A stretch of 64,000 bases of DNA from Azolla caroliniana (GCA_043228905.1 JBHGNT010000006.1:12090001-12154000); one strand, 5' to 3'. Counted from the stretch's first letter, positions 13,563 through 27,749 are shown. The notes: generated by a model from the sequence alone, not told the origin. Translations and numbers: made by a program.

Positions 13563-14398
13563 CTATTTGCCTACATTTCCATCTTTAGGAACATCCTTAA
13601 ACTTATTTTTCAAGCTTTCTTCATATGCTTTACGGCAAGCATTTTGCTGTGTACCTTTGAGGTATACCCAACTATTTTTGAGTATGATCCTCCGCATTGT
13701 ATCATCTGTCATTGTGCATACAATAGGCCTTTCTCTAGAGCGAGTAACACCATGTTTCCCAACTCGGTGTGCTCCATATACATTCACATCTGACATCCCA
13801 TAATGCATACTAAAAAATTCACCAATGGCCTTTCCAAGGGATCTGCATATTTCCATACTCTCTTCTTTAATCCCACGGATGACAATGTTCTTTGATCGTC
13901 GTTCACGTTCTTTCAATTCTCGGACATCTATGCTTTCTATATTCTTCTCTTAATGCATCACACTTATATTAGACGAGTTTGATAGTACATCTCCACCACA
14001 TACATCGGCCCATGACTTCGTTGTACATACATTTTTCATCTCACTTACATCCCGCCTCATCGTGTCCAATTTTCTTCTTTTAATGCTTCCTTGAACTCAA
14101 TCTTATTAAGGCGGTCATTTGTTTCGAAAGAAGCTCTTTTACATTCTTGAATCTCTTCTTGAAGTTTGGCAACCATTTGTTTAAGACTTCCATTCTCAAT
14201 GACAACACTTTGGAGCTTATCATTCTCTTTCATTAACATCCCAATCTCTTCACCTTGCTTTTTTATGGTTTCTTGAAGAGAAATCAAGTGACTCATAAGC
14301 ATTTTGTCAATTGCATTGGAATCAAGATTTGTTGATGATCTCGGCTCATTATCAATCATACCCCCGAACTTTGTGGCGGCTTTACGAGTATTTACCAT
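13563..14398 (-). pseudogene. LINE ORF1 (coiled coil plus RRM-like region)
   Basis: Heptad-rich ORF 14057-14398; RERRSKNIVIRGIKE...AHRVG...RPIV in ORF 13563-13916, directly upstream of ORF2. Confidence 0.7.
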
Positions 14399-14609
14399 TG
14401 TAGGGACAAACCCTATGGGAAGAGAGAGACATAGAGGGAAGGAGAGAGAATGTACCTTTCACTCGATTTAGGGCTTCATAATCTATCTTGCATTTGAGGA
14501 ACCGTGGGGCAAAGATGGCTAGGGATGAAAATGCTCATAACTTCTCTCTACGGTAATGGAATTCAGTAAATGAACATTCGTTAGAAAGCTCTCTGAAAGA
14601 GAGAGGATG

Positions 14610-15900
14610 AGAGAGAGAGAGAGGATGATGATAATAGATGATATATTATGTGAAGAGTAAGTACAAAATAGCTATGAGGCTTAAGACTGGCATTGAACCA
14701 ATTTGGTTTGAAATAATGCCTTGTGCCTCTTTTCTAGTGTTCTCAGGAATAGTCCTCAAGCTTCTAGAATGTTCCAAAGAAATATGGAATATACAATAAT
14801 TTTCTAAAGTAAAACTTAAATGAAAATAATATCCTATGTATTACAATAGATATAAAATAAGGTTATGGGTTCGAGTCTTGCCATATCATGACACTATCCC
14901 CCCTTAAGACGACAAGTGTCACGAGTCGGCGCTGATTGTGGACCGGGTTTGTCCGGATACTTTCGGTGGAAATCAACAAGAAGATCCTGAGCATTGGTGA
15001 CATGCTCAACGTTCCCAAGTACGTTCGCTCGAGCTATAGCCAAGCCAATCGACCAAATAATAAAGTTCATTGCGAAGAAACTTGGAGTCGAGGACGACAA
15101 CAACTTCATACTCCTGGCCGGTGTCCAACTCAAGCGGGGGCGGCGGTGGTGTAACACAATCGGGAATAGTGTTGGCCTGATAAGGTTCGAGAAGGGAACT
15201 ATGGAAGACCGGATGTATCTGAAGGTGCGGAGGAAGATCAAGGCGGAACATGACATCATTAATCTTGCCACTAATATGGAAAGGACCAACTCGTCGATAA
15301 TCCAATTTGTCGCACGGTCGAGTTGTGTTGATGTGACGACGTAAGAGCCATACTCGATCTCCGACTGCAAAAGAGGAGGGAAGCCGATGACGATCTGCAT
15401 AAGTCTTCTAAGTGTGTTGAGCATGATGAAGATGAGTAGATAGATCCGTCTGAATCTTGCGTAGCCTCTCCAGATGATCCTCGGCACAAGGATTGGTAGG
15501 TAGCTCCGAAGTGTCAAACACAAACCAGCGAGGATGAGAACCTGTATAAGCGTGAAATGGCGAGACCCGAGTCAAGGAGTGAATAGCGTTGTTATATGCA
15601 AACTCCGCAAAGTGGAGAATATCAGCCCAATCGTCCTGTTGATAGCTCAGAAAATACCAAAGATATTGTTCCAGCGTTTGATTCGTTCATTCCGCTTGCC
15701 CATCGGTTTGGGGATGGTAGCCGGAGGAGAGGTTGCAAGAGACCTTGAGCATCTTGAAGAGATGCTTCCAAAATTTGGAGATGAATTGAGGTCCTCGGTC
15801 ACTGATGATACTGTCTGGGAGGCCATGATGCCGAAATACCTCATGCATGAAAAGGGCTGCAATTTCCTCACTAGTGATGGCCTTAGTACCGTGTGCTATC
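14610..15900 (-). mobile_element. T2: second Tcn1-like chromovirus fragment (LTR part to 14893, PPT, integrase-chromodomain)
   Basis: CATGACA LTR end followed by ATCCCCCCTT; EYEVVVVLDSKFLRNELYYLVDWLGY; ISDRGPQF. The LINE appears to sit within its LTR. Confidence 0.8.
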
Positions 15901-15902
15901 TT

Positions 15903-17592
15903 CTCCTTCTTGGTTGATGACCCATCCAATTCCCGTTGGACTCGTATCTACCATGACGTGGATGGGCATCCCTTCTTTGTCGATGACTTTCCTTCAAGCT
16001 GGTACTGCCACCAATAGCCCTTTTAATCTCTTCATCGCCTCTGTGTGTACCGGTTCCCATTTGAATTTTCTCCCTTTTTCAGTAAGCTATACAAGGGTTC
16101 AGCCACATGAGCATAGTGCGGAATCCAAATGTGGTAAAACGCACATGCTCCTAAGAATCTTCGGACCTCTATATATGTTTCACATTCCTCTCATATCACT
16201 TGAATAGCATTCACCTTCTCGGGAGAGAGTTTCCGTCTGTATGGTCCACAAAGATGTCCCACTACTAGGATCTCGTGTTGGCCAAAATGCTAATTTTTCT
16301 TCGGAGAATGTGAGCCATGCACCTTCTAGTCTTTCTAGCACTCTTCCACAGTCTTCAATATGGTTTGAAACAAATCTTCGACATCCATCTGGATCTAAAG
16401 ACTCTTCCTTCTCTGATTCAGGGCACCCCTTTATAGGGATATCATCAAGGAAAGGCATCGTAATATCTAGGATGCAGTCTCTGAGTACTTTGTTCATGGC
16501 ATTCATCATGTGGGCCACTGAGTTAGTTGCCCCTTGCGGTAATTTACACATCCTTACTAGCCCAATGGGAGTCTGCATCGTTGTGATGTCTCAACTATCC
16601 AAAGACAATTGAAATTGGTCGTATCCAGAATAACAAGTCTCCAATCGAGTAAATCAACCTTCCTGCAAAAGCTTTAGCAAACTCATCAACACTAGGTCCA
16701 ATACCAACATTACGAATGGTGACCTTGTTTACCGGTTGCATATCTTGGATAAATCAAAGCGCTCCATTCATCTTCGGCATTGTGAAGCACCTATTTGAAT
16801 AAGGCGCATTAGATGGCTCAAGGATTCTCATTTTAATCTTTTATTTTAATAGCTCTAGCAATCTTGGAATGTGAGATCTTGGAACGGGAATCGGCTTCAA
16901 GTTCCATGGCACATGGGGTATTGTAAAGATAACCATTGGTTCCACAAGCGTTGGGTCAACACATCCGATCTGTTGTGGACAAAAGGCAAATGCTTTCCCG
17001 TGTTGCTCCAACATTTCCTGGAACTTGGACTCTTCTTTGGGAAGCAAAAACTCACCCCCACCAATTTTGAGCTTCCTCTGAGTTTCGTCGGTGAAGACAT
17101 GCCCTACCTCCTTTTGGGTCTCTAAGACATGCCAACTGTCTTTAGGCAAGGGAGCAGCCACAGGTTTGACCTTCTTATCCACACTCTTGTATTTGGTATT
17201 ACCTTCGACTTCATCCGTCGCGACACCTTGTTCATGTTCGTCGATGGCGATGTATAAGGCGAGAGAGTTTATTGAATTCATTCTATTGACTTGCAGTTTT
17301 GATTCGATGACTTTGTCCATTTTCCCAAGAGTATCATCAAATGATATTATCTCCATGTACTCGTTTATTGCCTCTTCCTCGTTCATAATCCCGATTTCTC
17401 TAAGTTGTTCCTCTAGGATTTCTATTTTAATATCTCCTCCATTAATGTTGTTAAATTTACACATCCCATTTTCAGAAAACAAGACTTCATTTTCATTAAT
17501 GGGGTGACAACTTTTATTACACTGAATTGGGGACATAGTTAGATGTCCCGAACTATTGTTGTCCCTCACCCTAATAGCCCGAATTAAAAATC
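15903..17592 (-). pseudogene. pol: G1 pol: RT and start of RNase H (disrupted)
   Basis: PWNLKPIPVP, LPQGATNSVAH, PFLDDIP and [11 protein letters not shown]. Confidence 0.9.
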
Positions 17593-20500
17593 TGTTCAGA
17601 GACAAGCTCAACATCGGCCGGATCGACTGAGCAAGCCGAGGACTGGTACGTAAAACGGATGTGTAAACCGGTACGCAAACCGGTGCGTAACGAGAGGCCG
17701 TATCGGTGCGTAGGCCGAAAGGCCGTTAGAAAGATATTCCTCCAAAGGAATAGTTTTGGGAGTAAGTGTCGAGGCTCATTTATGAGCAGTCAAGTACTGT
17801 CAGTACTTGTGTCAGCCCGATTGTGAGGGCTTGTATAAAAGTGCTCACTGAGCACATCCTATGTACAGATTGAGTATTATTTTTTGAATTAAGTTCTAGT
17901 GTTTACTCTCTCTCTATCTCTCCCGTGCATACTGTGCAAACCTAAGCTTTCCATTAAACTTGCATTTTCTGTTGTTCTTCCGCACGCCATTCTTTTCATG
18001 GTATCAGAGCGCGAGGGTTGAGAACCTGTGCAGCCAACTTTGCTTGAAGGAAAAACCAACGAAGAAGAACAAGAAAACCAATGGACAGAGGAATGGCTAG
18101 CTCGCTTCCAACGGAGAAGCTCGACAGAACCAACTATGCATCTTGGTCCTACAAGATGCACCAGTACCTGCTTGGACACGGTTACTGGAGCTATGTCGAT
18201 GGAGCAAATGACACAACACCCGATTCGACACACAAAGACTTCCCGATGTGGAAACAATCGGCGAGCAGAGTGTTGTACTTTTTCGCGTCTTGTGTGGGAG
18301 AACAGCTACTAAGCTATGTTCGGGATGCAAAAACGTCGAAGGGTGCATGGGAAAATCTGAAGAAGATCTTCGTTGCGAGCACCACAGCCAGGAAGCTTCA
18401 GCTTTGACAGGAGTTGAGCAACCTACGACAACGCGATTTATCGGTGGTTGACTATACCTCGAGGATTAAGGACATATGCGACTCCTTGGCTTCCATCGAT
18501 GTGAACATCGAGGAAAGCGAGATGGTCTAGGTCTGTCTCAGGGGGTTTGGCGTTGAATTTCGGGGCGTTCTGAACTGCTGTGTGTAACCGGGAGAATACG
18601 TCGTCCTTTTTCGACTTACAGTCGATGTTCCTGGTAGAGGAGAACCACGCGGGTGCGTCAATGAGCACACACACTGACTCCAAGATGTTGTACACGGAGG
18701 GAGAAAGGCCCCGTGGTGGTGGTGGATGAGGCAAGTCGGTACGCAATGGAGGCGGCCGACGGGATCGAGGAATAAGGCACCGAAGTGATGCCGACAGCAA
18801 TTCCGGACCCTCTGAAAACAGGGGGAGTCCAGGCGACAAGAACCGGCAAGGGAAATCCGCCGCGGAATGCTGGTACTGTGGCAAGAAAGGCCATAGGGAG
18901 AGCGAGTGCTCGAAAAAGCGCACCGAGTCGGAGAGGACCGGTTCCGGATCTAGTTCCAGACATATCGACAAAGGAAACCGGCAACAATCGCACTACGCCG
19001 AAGGATCCGGAGAACCCGGAAAAGGGTCATTCTTCGTGACGAAACTCGAAGCAAATTCAATGAAGAACATCACCCCGAAGTTCGAGGAGGTGTGGTACGT
19101 CAACTCTGGCGTGGTTCTCATGAGGAGTGGTTCTCATACCTTGAGAAACTGACACAACCAGGAGTAGTCGCAACCAGAGATGACACTTTGCATCCGATCG
19201 CAAATGTCGATGAAGTTCCCTTGAGCCATGTCGGGTAGAAAGGGAAACTTATGAACGTGTTACACGTCCCGACCATCACGAAGAATCTAGTGTCGGTCGG
19301 GCAGATCGTAGACCAGGGGATGCAGGTTCGGTTTACACACCTCGGGTGCTTCATTGAGGAAGAAGGCCGTGTTATTGCGCAAGGACGAAAAGATTGGAGG
19401 ATGTTCATCCTCGACTCTAGCAATGGTGGCACCGCAATGTTCACGAAGGGACAAAAAGTCAAGTTGGACATCGACTTATGGCACAAGCGGATAGGCCACG
19501 TCAACTACCAGCGGCTTCAAGTCATGCAACCGAAACAGGTGGTGTTCGGATTGCCAAAATTTAGTGGCCGGAAGGCACAAATTTGTGAAGCCTGCCAACT
19601 TGGGAAGCAACACCGACTTCCATTCCCCAACGAGCGTAACTGGAGTCGGAACAAGCTCGACTTGATACACTCCGATGTGTGGGAGCCGGCACAAATTGTT
19701 AGTCTTGGCAGGAGCCGATACTTTGTCTCCTTCATCGACGACTACACACGGCACACGTCGATCTACCTCATTGAGAGGAAAAGCGAAGTCTTCGACGGTT
19801 TCCGGGACCTCAAAGGGTTCGTGGAAACGGAAACAAGACGAAAGATCAAGTGCCTACGGTTGGATGGCGGAAAAGAATACTTTTCCGGTCAATTCAGCAG
19901 TTATCTACAACATATGGGAATTCGGCGCGAATTCAATTGTAGACACACGCCGGAGCAAAATGACGTGGCCGAGAGGAAAAATCAGTCGGTTGTGGAAGCA
20001 GCACGGGCAATGCTAGAAGAAAAGAGCTTGCCCAAGTTCTATTGGGCCGAGGTGGTACGAACCGCGGTATACATCCAGAATCGGATCAGAGAAAAAGTGT
20101 CGGCGCACGAGCAGTATTTCGGAAGGAAGCCGAATCTACGACACTTGAGAGTTTTCGGTAGCATTGCATATGTGCATGTACTGAAGGAGAAACGGAGGAA
20201 GTTGGACGCGAAAGCCGAGAAATGTATTTTGGTCGGCAATTCGGACGAGCATAAGGGTTATAACTGCTATAACCCGCGTACCACACAAGCGCGCGTGAGC
20301 CGCGACGTTGTGTTTGATGAGTCCTCGTCCTGGTACTTGCCTTCGACTCCGGAACTCACCTCCAATCCGAGTTTTGACGATGAGGTCAGCGAAGCCGAGA
20401 TGCCTCTGGATGAGCCTGAAATCGGGACCCGCGAAGAGAGTTCGATTTTGATTCAGTTAAGTGGATCGAATGAATGATTGAGTCAGTATGACCAGTCCAA

Positions 20501-23284
20501 TGAAGAGCCTCCGAGTAGTGGAGACTCGGCTATGCATTCCCCACGCAAGAAGCCGAGGAGACGGCTTACGCACAAAGAGAAAGGGAAGAAGACGGTGTCG
20601 GATTCCGGCACGGATAGGAACGAGTCAGACCGACGCGAGTCCGACTCCGAGGGAAGCGGTGATGGGTCATCAAGAGAGAAGTCCGCGATGGCTGAGAAGA
20701 CCTCGACATCGGCTAATGACCGATTACGCCGATCTACCCGCCAGAAGAACCCAGTTGTGCGGTTCGGATACAACAAGTACATGGTGCATCATTATGCGTA
20801 CATGACCCGTGTAGCGGAAGTGCGTGAGCCGGAGAGCTACGCAGAAGCGGCGAAGGACGTGAATTGGCGCGCCGTGATGGAGGAAGAGATGCACGCATTG
20901 GCGGAAAATAAAACCTGGGACCTGGTTGACACACCGAAGGGTGTGAAGCCGATCGGATGTAGGTGGGCGTACAACGTCAAGTACAACACCGACGGCTCAG
21001 TCAACCGATACAAGGCCTGGGTAGTGGCAAAAGGCTACATGTAGATTACGGTGAGATGTTTTGCTCGCGGTAGCCGCGACCAAGGGGTGCCAGTTACATC
21101 AGATGGATGTAAAGAATGCGTTCCTGCAAGGTGACCTTGAGGACCAAGTGTACATGGTTCAACCCCCCGGATTTCACTTCGGAACGAACACTTTAGCTGT
21201 GTGCCGATTGAAGAAGTCCCTTTATGGACTAAAGCAAGCTCCGCGTGCCTGGAACGCGAAGATCACGCATCTTCTACGTCGGTTGGGCTTTGCGACGTCA
21301 AAATCGGACTCCTCACTGTTCGTTCGGAAAGGTCGACTCGATCCGGTCAGTATTTTACTCTATGTTGATGACTTGGTCATCACCAGCGCCGACCTAGGTG
21401 AAATCAACCGCGTGAAGCTCCAGCTTGCTGCATCATTCGACATGAAGGATCTGGGGGACCTTCATTACTTCCTCGGGATCGAAGTGATCCGCACCCCCGA
21501 AGGCATACTGATCAGCCAATGTCATTACGCCCTGAATATGCTCTTTAAATTCAGGATGGTAGACTGTAAGTTCGTCTCAACTCCTCTTGATAGAACCGTC
21601 AAGCTTCGCCCCAATTTCGGCAAGGTATGCGACCCGACGAGGTTCCGATAGATTGTCGGAAGCCTTATCTACTTGACAATCACCCGACCCAACCTCAGTT
21701 ATCCGGTCGGGGTGATCAGTTAGTTCATGGCGCGACCTACCGAGGAGCACCTTCAGTGTGTGCAACGCGTATTGCGGTACGTAAGCAGCACTAAGGACTA
21801 CGGACTGCTATATCGGACCAGTACAACCCTGCAGTTGGTCGGCTACACCGATGCCGACTAGGCCGGCAACTTCGCCGATCACCGATCCACATCCGGATAC
21901 GCGTTCTCTCTTGGGAGTGCCGTGATAGCGTGGAGCAATAAGAAGTAGCCGACAGTTGCACTGTCGAGCACCAAAGTTGAGTACCGAGGAGCGGCTGTCG
22001 CGACATGCGAAGCCATATGGTTGAAGCAGCTACTTAAGGATCTCCAGGTGGAGATGTCCGAACCGACGACGATCTACTAAGACAACCTCAACATCATCCA
22101 GTTCGCGAAGAACCTCGTCTTCCACGCACAGACCAAGCACATTCAAGTGCACTACCATTTTTTCCGTGAGCATGTCCTTTCTGGTGAAGTCGAACTTCAG
22201 TATGTTCCGACGGATCGGCAGACCGCCGACATCTTCACCAAGCCTCTTGGTCTGGACAAGTTGTGGCAATTCTCGGGTGCACTTGGGTTGCGTCACCTTG
22301 ACGTGCCTAACTTGAGGGGGAGAGACATCTCAGATGACCACAGAAGGGAGCGGAAAAGACCGTGGCGCCGAATCGGATGACGAATTCGACTTCGGATCGC
22401 CTGAAGAAGCCAAGGGCGGATCCGCGGAAGAGTCTGAAAGCGGACATAAGAAAGAGCCGAAGCCAACCAAAGCGTGGGGGAGACGGGGGAGACGAAGCCA
22501 TCAATGGCGAGAAGACCGAAGACGAGTTGGAGACAGCCAACTCGGACGAGAGCGAAAACCGATCGGAGGTAGCCGAGTCGGTTCAGATGTTTGATTCAGA
22601 TACACTGAATCAATTGAGGGCCAAGCGGAAAAGAAGGCAGCAGGAGAAGCACCAACACCACGACAGCATGGGAGTTGTGAAGGGACGTGGGAGCAGACAA
22701 GCCGACCAGAAGGGTCGACGGGCGCGGAGTCGAACAGGCCGAGGAGCGCGAGCGAGGCGTGGAGCCAGGAGGAACCGGGACGGTGATCCGGAAGATTCCG
22801 AAGAGCCTCAAGTTGTGCTTGAGGGGGAGTGTTGAGAGACAAGCTCAACATCAGCTGGATCGGTTGAGCAAGCCGAGGACCGGATCGATTGGGACCGATC
22901 GGTTAGGCTGGACCAGTGCGTAAAACGGATGCGTAAACCGGTACGCAAACCGGTGCGTAACGAGAGGCCGTATCGGTGTGTAGACCAAAAGGCCGTTAGA
23001 AAGATATTCCTCGTAAGGAATAGTTTTGGGAGTAAGTGTCGAGGCTCATTTATGAGCAGTCAAGTACTGTCAATATTTGTGTCAGCCCGATTGTGAGGGC
23101 TTGTATAAAAGTGCTCACTGAGCACATCCTATGTACAGATTGAGTATTATTTTTTGAATTAAGTTCTACTGTTTACTCTCTCTCTGTCTCTCCTGTGCGT
23201 ACTATGCAAACCTAAGCTTTCCATTAAACCCGCGTTTTCTGTTGCTCAGATTTCCTATATTGCTTCCGCACGCCATTCTTTTCA
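17593..23284 (+). mobile_element. C2: full-length degenerate Ty1/copia element
   Basis: LTRs 17593-17998 and 22830-23284; TSD AAATC; PBS TGGTATCAGAGC (tRNA-iMet) at 17999-18010; PPT 22818-22829. Confidence 0.93.
18081..22325 (+). pseudogene. pol: C2 gag-PR-INT-RT-RH polyprotein with stops and frameshifts
   Basis: [50 protein letters not shown]. Confidence 0.92.
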
Positions 23285-23289
23285 AAATC

Positions 23290-23900
23290 CTTCCTAGATT
23301 CTTTCCCTAAGCTATGCCTATTTCTTTCATGGTTTGGTCGTACAGTGAGGAATTAAATTGAGCTTGTCCCATCTTGACTTCGTATCTGCGCATATGACAA
23401 ACCATTATCAAGTACCTTTGTCTCCATCCAGGATGCGGTAATGTAAGGCTCACCAAGGATGACAGGATGTGATGTTGATTCCTACACAAAAAAGTGTTGA
23501 TCATGCTCAACATCACCAATAGTTACCTTAACATTAGGGCAGGCCCCATGAAGCTCTTCAGTCACCCTGGTTGCCGCTCGAATCTTCCACCCATGCCTAC
23601 TATTAATGGGCCAACAACCTTTCCAATAGAAGTTAAGAGACACGAGGTTGATCTCCGATCCATGATCAATGAACGCGACCACCGGATCTTTCAAATCTCC
23701 CATCCGCACCGGTGTCTCGGTAGTGGCCCTAGCCCAATGTGGCCTTGCGAAATAGCTATCCACAAATTCTTGTTCAATTTCGAGACCTTCTGGTGTGATA
23801 GCACTCGTCGAGGCATTTGCCAGTTTGGTTCCTTCTTCGGTTGTCGTTAGTCTCTTCCTTTTTATTAAGTCGATGATGACATCATGAAATTCTTTCTTTC
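23290..23900 (-). pseudogene. G1 protease region
   Basis: RPHWARATTETP...AFIDHGSEINL, as in G5 and G6. Confidence 0.85.
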
Positions 23901-23961
23901 TGTAAAGAAAGGAGAGTGATTGTAAAGAAAGGAGAGTGATTGTATGTGTGTGCATGTATGC

Positions 23962-24022
<61 letters not shown>

Positions 24023-26373
24023 CTTAAACAAGAAGACTGTATATTATCATCCAACAATAACAAAGTTACAAGAAGTTTGTTTAAATACCAACTAGACTAG
24101 GGCAAGGGCCCTTTCTACTATTTACAAAACTACCATGGTATGTCCATGAGCTAGTGTGAAACCTATTTCTATGGGAAGTTGAGTTCGATTCTCAACACGC
24201 CCCTTCGAACACAACTTTCAGATTGTTCGGCTTTCGCGTACTTCTTGCTCAGCTTCGATCAATCGATCGGTTCACTATCTTCGGAATGCTTCGAACTTCG
24301 ATTGTTCGGCTTTTCGGTTGCGATTGATCGGGTCACTTTTCTGTTCTCCCCCTCAAGCGCAGCTGGCCGGGAGTAGATAGGCCAAGATTCGACTTGAACT
24401 GCCGCAACTTGTCGTTACCTAGGGCTTTCGTGAAAATATCGACTACCTGTAGATTCATGTTGATGTGGTGTAAGTCTATATCTCCGCCCGGCACGCGTTC
24501 GCGGATGAAGTGGTAGTGCACTTCGACATGCTTGGTCCGCGAGTGGAATACAGGCTTTCGCGCTAGGTAGATACTGCTCATGTTGTCGCAATATAGATGA
24601 ATCGGATCCTTGATGGGTACGCCCAGATCCTTCAATATACGCTTGAGCCATACAACTTCGCACGCGGCGACCGTCGTGCCCCTGTATTCCGCCTCCATGA
24701 GATTGCTCCGTTGCCGAGGGAGAAGATGAATCCTGATGTTGACCATCTATCCGCTTTATAACTTGCCCAGTCTGCGTCTGTGTACCCTTCAAGTCAAACT
24801 ATCATATTTGACCTGTATCTAATGTTGTAATCCATTGTACCATTGGCGTACTGAAGTACCCTCTTAACGCAATCAAGATGAAGGTTTCACGGATTCTGCA
24901 TGAATTGGCTGAGTAGGCCGACCGAATAGCTGAGGTTGGGTCGCGTAATGGTTAGGTAGATGAGGATGTCTATCAATTGGCGATACTGAGTTGGCTCCCA
25001 CTCGGTTGTGCTAGAATCAACAACCAGCTTCAGATTACAGTCAAGCGGGGTGGACACAAGTTTCACGCCGTCATCCCGAACTTGTAGAGTAAGTTGAGGA
25101 CATAGTGTCATTGTGAGATCATTCTCCCGTCTGGTTTCTGAATTACTTCGACGCCTAAGAAGTAATGGAGCTTGTGTAGGTCTTTCATTTCAAATCTGCC
25201 GAAGAGAAGTCATTTGACCTTGATAATCTCAGCAAGCCGCTTTCCTCCGATGACCCAATCATCCACGTATAGGATGATGACAATTGGGCTATCTGACTCG
25301 TTTCAGATGTACAGAGAGTTATCAAATTTTGACATTTGAAATCTGATTTGATGAAGATAATGCGTGATCTTCGAATGCCATGCACATAGTGCTTGTTTGA
25401 GGTCGTAGAGTGGCTTCTTGAGTTGGCATACAACGTTTGGATGATTGCACGATTCAAAGACAGATGGTTGGATCATGTACACTTCCTCCTCTAATTCCCC
25501 TTGGAGGAAGGCATTCTTCACGTCCATCTGATGAAGATACCACCCTTTTGCTGTTGCGATTGCAACCACAATTCTCACAGTTGTCATCTTTGCCACTGGA
25601 GCAAAGGTCCCTTCGCAGTCAACTCCGTGCATTTGTGCGTATCCTTTCGCAACGAGTTGTGTTTTGAAACGATTTATGGAGTTGTCGGCATTGTGTTTCA
25701 CTTTGTAAATTCATCGACAACCAATTGCTTTCTTGTGCAGAATGTGAGGAACGAGATCCCATGTCTCGTTTTTGCATAGGTCTTGCATTTCTTCATTCAT
25801 TGTGTTGACCCATTGCGGATCCTTGACGGCTTTGGCAAGGGTTTCCGGCTCCGGTACTGATGCTACCTTCATTATAAAGGCGTAATGATATGTCATGTAC
25901 TCATTGTCGCCGTAACGGCTTACAGGGTTCTTCTCTCGGTGGACCGGCGTACCTTTTCATTCCCGAATACTAAGGCTTTCTTGGCTCCATTTTTCTAGAT
26001 GTCGAGGCCTTACAAACTCACTATCGAGGGAGTGAGTCGATTTGTTGCCGTCGAAGTGATCGTCTTCATACTCTACCATTTTCGCATTCCCTTTGTCCAA
26101 CATCGGACTCAGACGAGATGTGCCTTGATCACTTGGAGGTTCTTGTGCTTTGATTGGACTTTCATCGAATATGCGTGTAAGTCAGTCTTTGGCTTCTGCC
26201 TCTATTTCGGCGTATTCCGGGTTAGGCAAAGTCGGAGTCGAAGTTATCTCTAGTGCGTACCAGGATGTGGACTTGTCGAAAATGACATCTCGACTTGTTC
26301 GAACTTTTCAGGTAGATGGATTGTAGCATTTGTACGCCTTTTGTTCGAGCGAGTACCCCACAAGGATACATTT

Positions 26374-27097
26374 TGTTGGGATTTTCGGTCCCTCCGGATG
26401 GGATGTCCGGATGACGAAGACCCCGGCTACGGAGCCGGATGATGAAGACCCCGGTTACGGAGCCGGATGACGAAGACCCCGGCTACGGAGCCGGATGACG
26501 AAGACCCCGGCTACGGAGCCGGATGACGAAGACCCCGGTTACGGAGCCGGATGATGAAGACCCCGGCTACGGAGCCGGATGACGAAGACCCCGGTTACGG
26601 AGCCGGATGATGAATGTACCCGGAGAGAGATCCGGATGCGGGAACATATTTGTGAATATGTTTGCCAAGGGCCCTTGAGGCTGTATTTGTAAATAGCCCG
26701 AAAGTCATATGTGTATAAATATGACTTAGGGCAAACTGTTTAAAGTTGTTGTTGCTCATTTTCTGTTTTCCCATTTCTGGAGGGAGCGAAGTGAGAGCAG
26801 CCGAGAGAGAGAGCGAGAGAGAGAGGGAGAGGTCGACGCCTCTGTGTAATACCGCCGCCTGTGGCGAGGATAGCGAGCTCAAGGTCGTCACCTTGCAGCT
26901 CGCCATTGTATATTTCTCTGTGCATAGTTTTGGTTTGGAGTCTTGCACTCCCGTGGTTTTTCCCGTATAGGGTTTTCCACGTTAATCCGTGTGTTATAGT
27001 GTCTTTCTCTGTGTTCCCTATTTTCTGCTGCATTGATTCGTGATTTCTCGGTTGTGGCCGAGTGGCGAAGACGAACCGGAGCGTGAATTTTTCAACA
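26374..27097 (+). mobile_element. Solo LTR of a copia family related to the LTR at 59804-60438
   Basis: TGTTG...CAACA ends; TSD CATTT (26369-26373, 27098-27102); shared blocks GGTCCCTCCGGATGGGA and TATAAATATGACTTAGGGCAAACT. Confidence 0.88.
26407..26614 (+). repeat. 28-bp tandem repeat, ~7.4 copies
   Basis: Unit CCGGATGAYGAAGACCCCGGYTACGGAG. Confidence 0.95.
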
Positions 27098-27749
27098 CAT
27101 TTCTCCGACTTCGGGTCGAGCTTTTGTTGTGTATCATCGGGAATATGCACATAAGCGATTGAGCCGAAAATACCAACATGTGATAAGTCTGGCGTCTTAC
27201 CAAGAAACTTCTCATGGGGGATTGCGTTGTGTACTCCCGAGATTGTGCACCTGTTCATGAGGTTAATGACCGTGTTCGCCGCTTCTGCCCAATATGATTT
27301 TGGCAGGTTCTTCTCATTAATCATTGCCCGTGCTACCTCTCCTATGTGTCAGTTCTTCCGCTCGGCTACACCATTTTGTTGAGGTGTGTGATGGCATGAA
27401 AATTCTCATCAGACTCCTTCCTTCTAGAGATACGCCATAAACTCATCCAAAAAATATTCTTTGCCTCCATCTGATCGAAGGCAGAGTCCGTGCCGACCTG
27501 TAGTTTTTTCGACTTTGGCCTTGAACCTCTGGAAGTGTCCAAACACTTCGCTCTTTTGTCTCATCGGATAGATCCAGGTGTGCCTGGAGAAATCGTCGAT
27601 GAACATGATGTAGTATTGGCATACGCCGAGTGTGGTTGTCTGGATCGGTCCCCATACATCTGAATGTACAACATCCAGGATCCCTTTGCTCACATTCCGC
27701 CCTTTCAACGATGGATGTTTGCGTTGCTTTCCGAATTGGCATACTATCA

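Larger units (their letters stand above)
8443..14610 (-). mobile_element. Non-LTR retrotransposon (LINE, RTE-X-like), near full length
   Basis: ORF1 plus APE-RT-zinc finger ORF2; (TATC)n 3' tail at ~8443-8461. The 5' boundary is approximate and the clade is inferred. Confidence 0.85.
24333..27745 (-). pseudogene. pol: C3 integrase, RT and RNase H (disrupted)
   Basis: [43 protein letters not shown]. Confidence 0.9.

Noticed and set aside
26407-26614. 28-bp repeats as a CRISPR array
   Set aside because: Head-to-tail with no spacers, no cas genes, and located inside an LTR.
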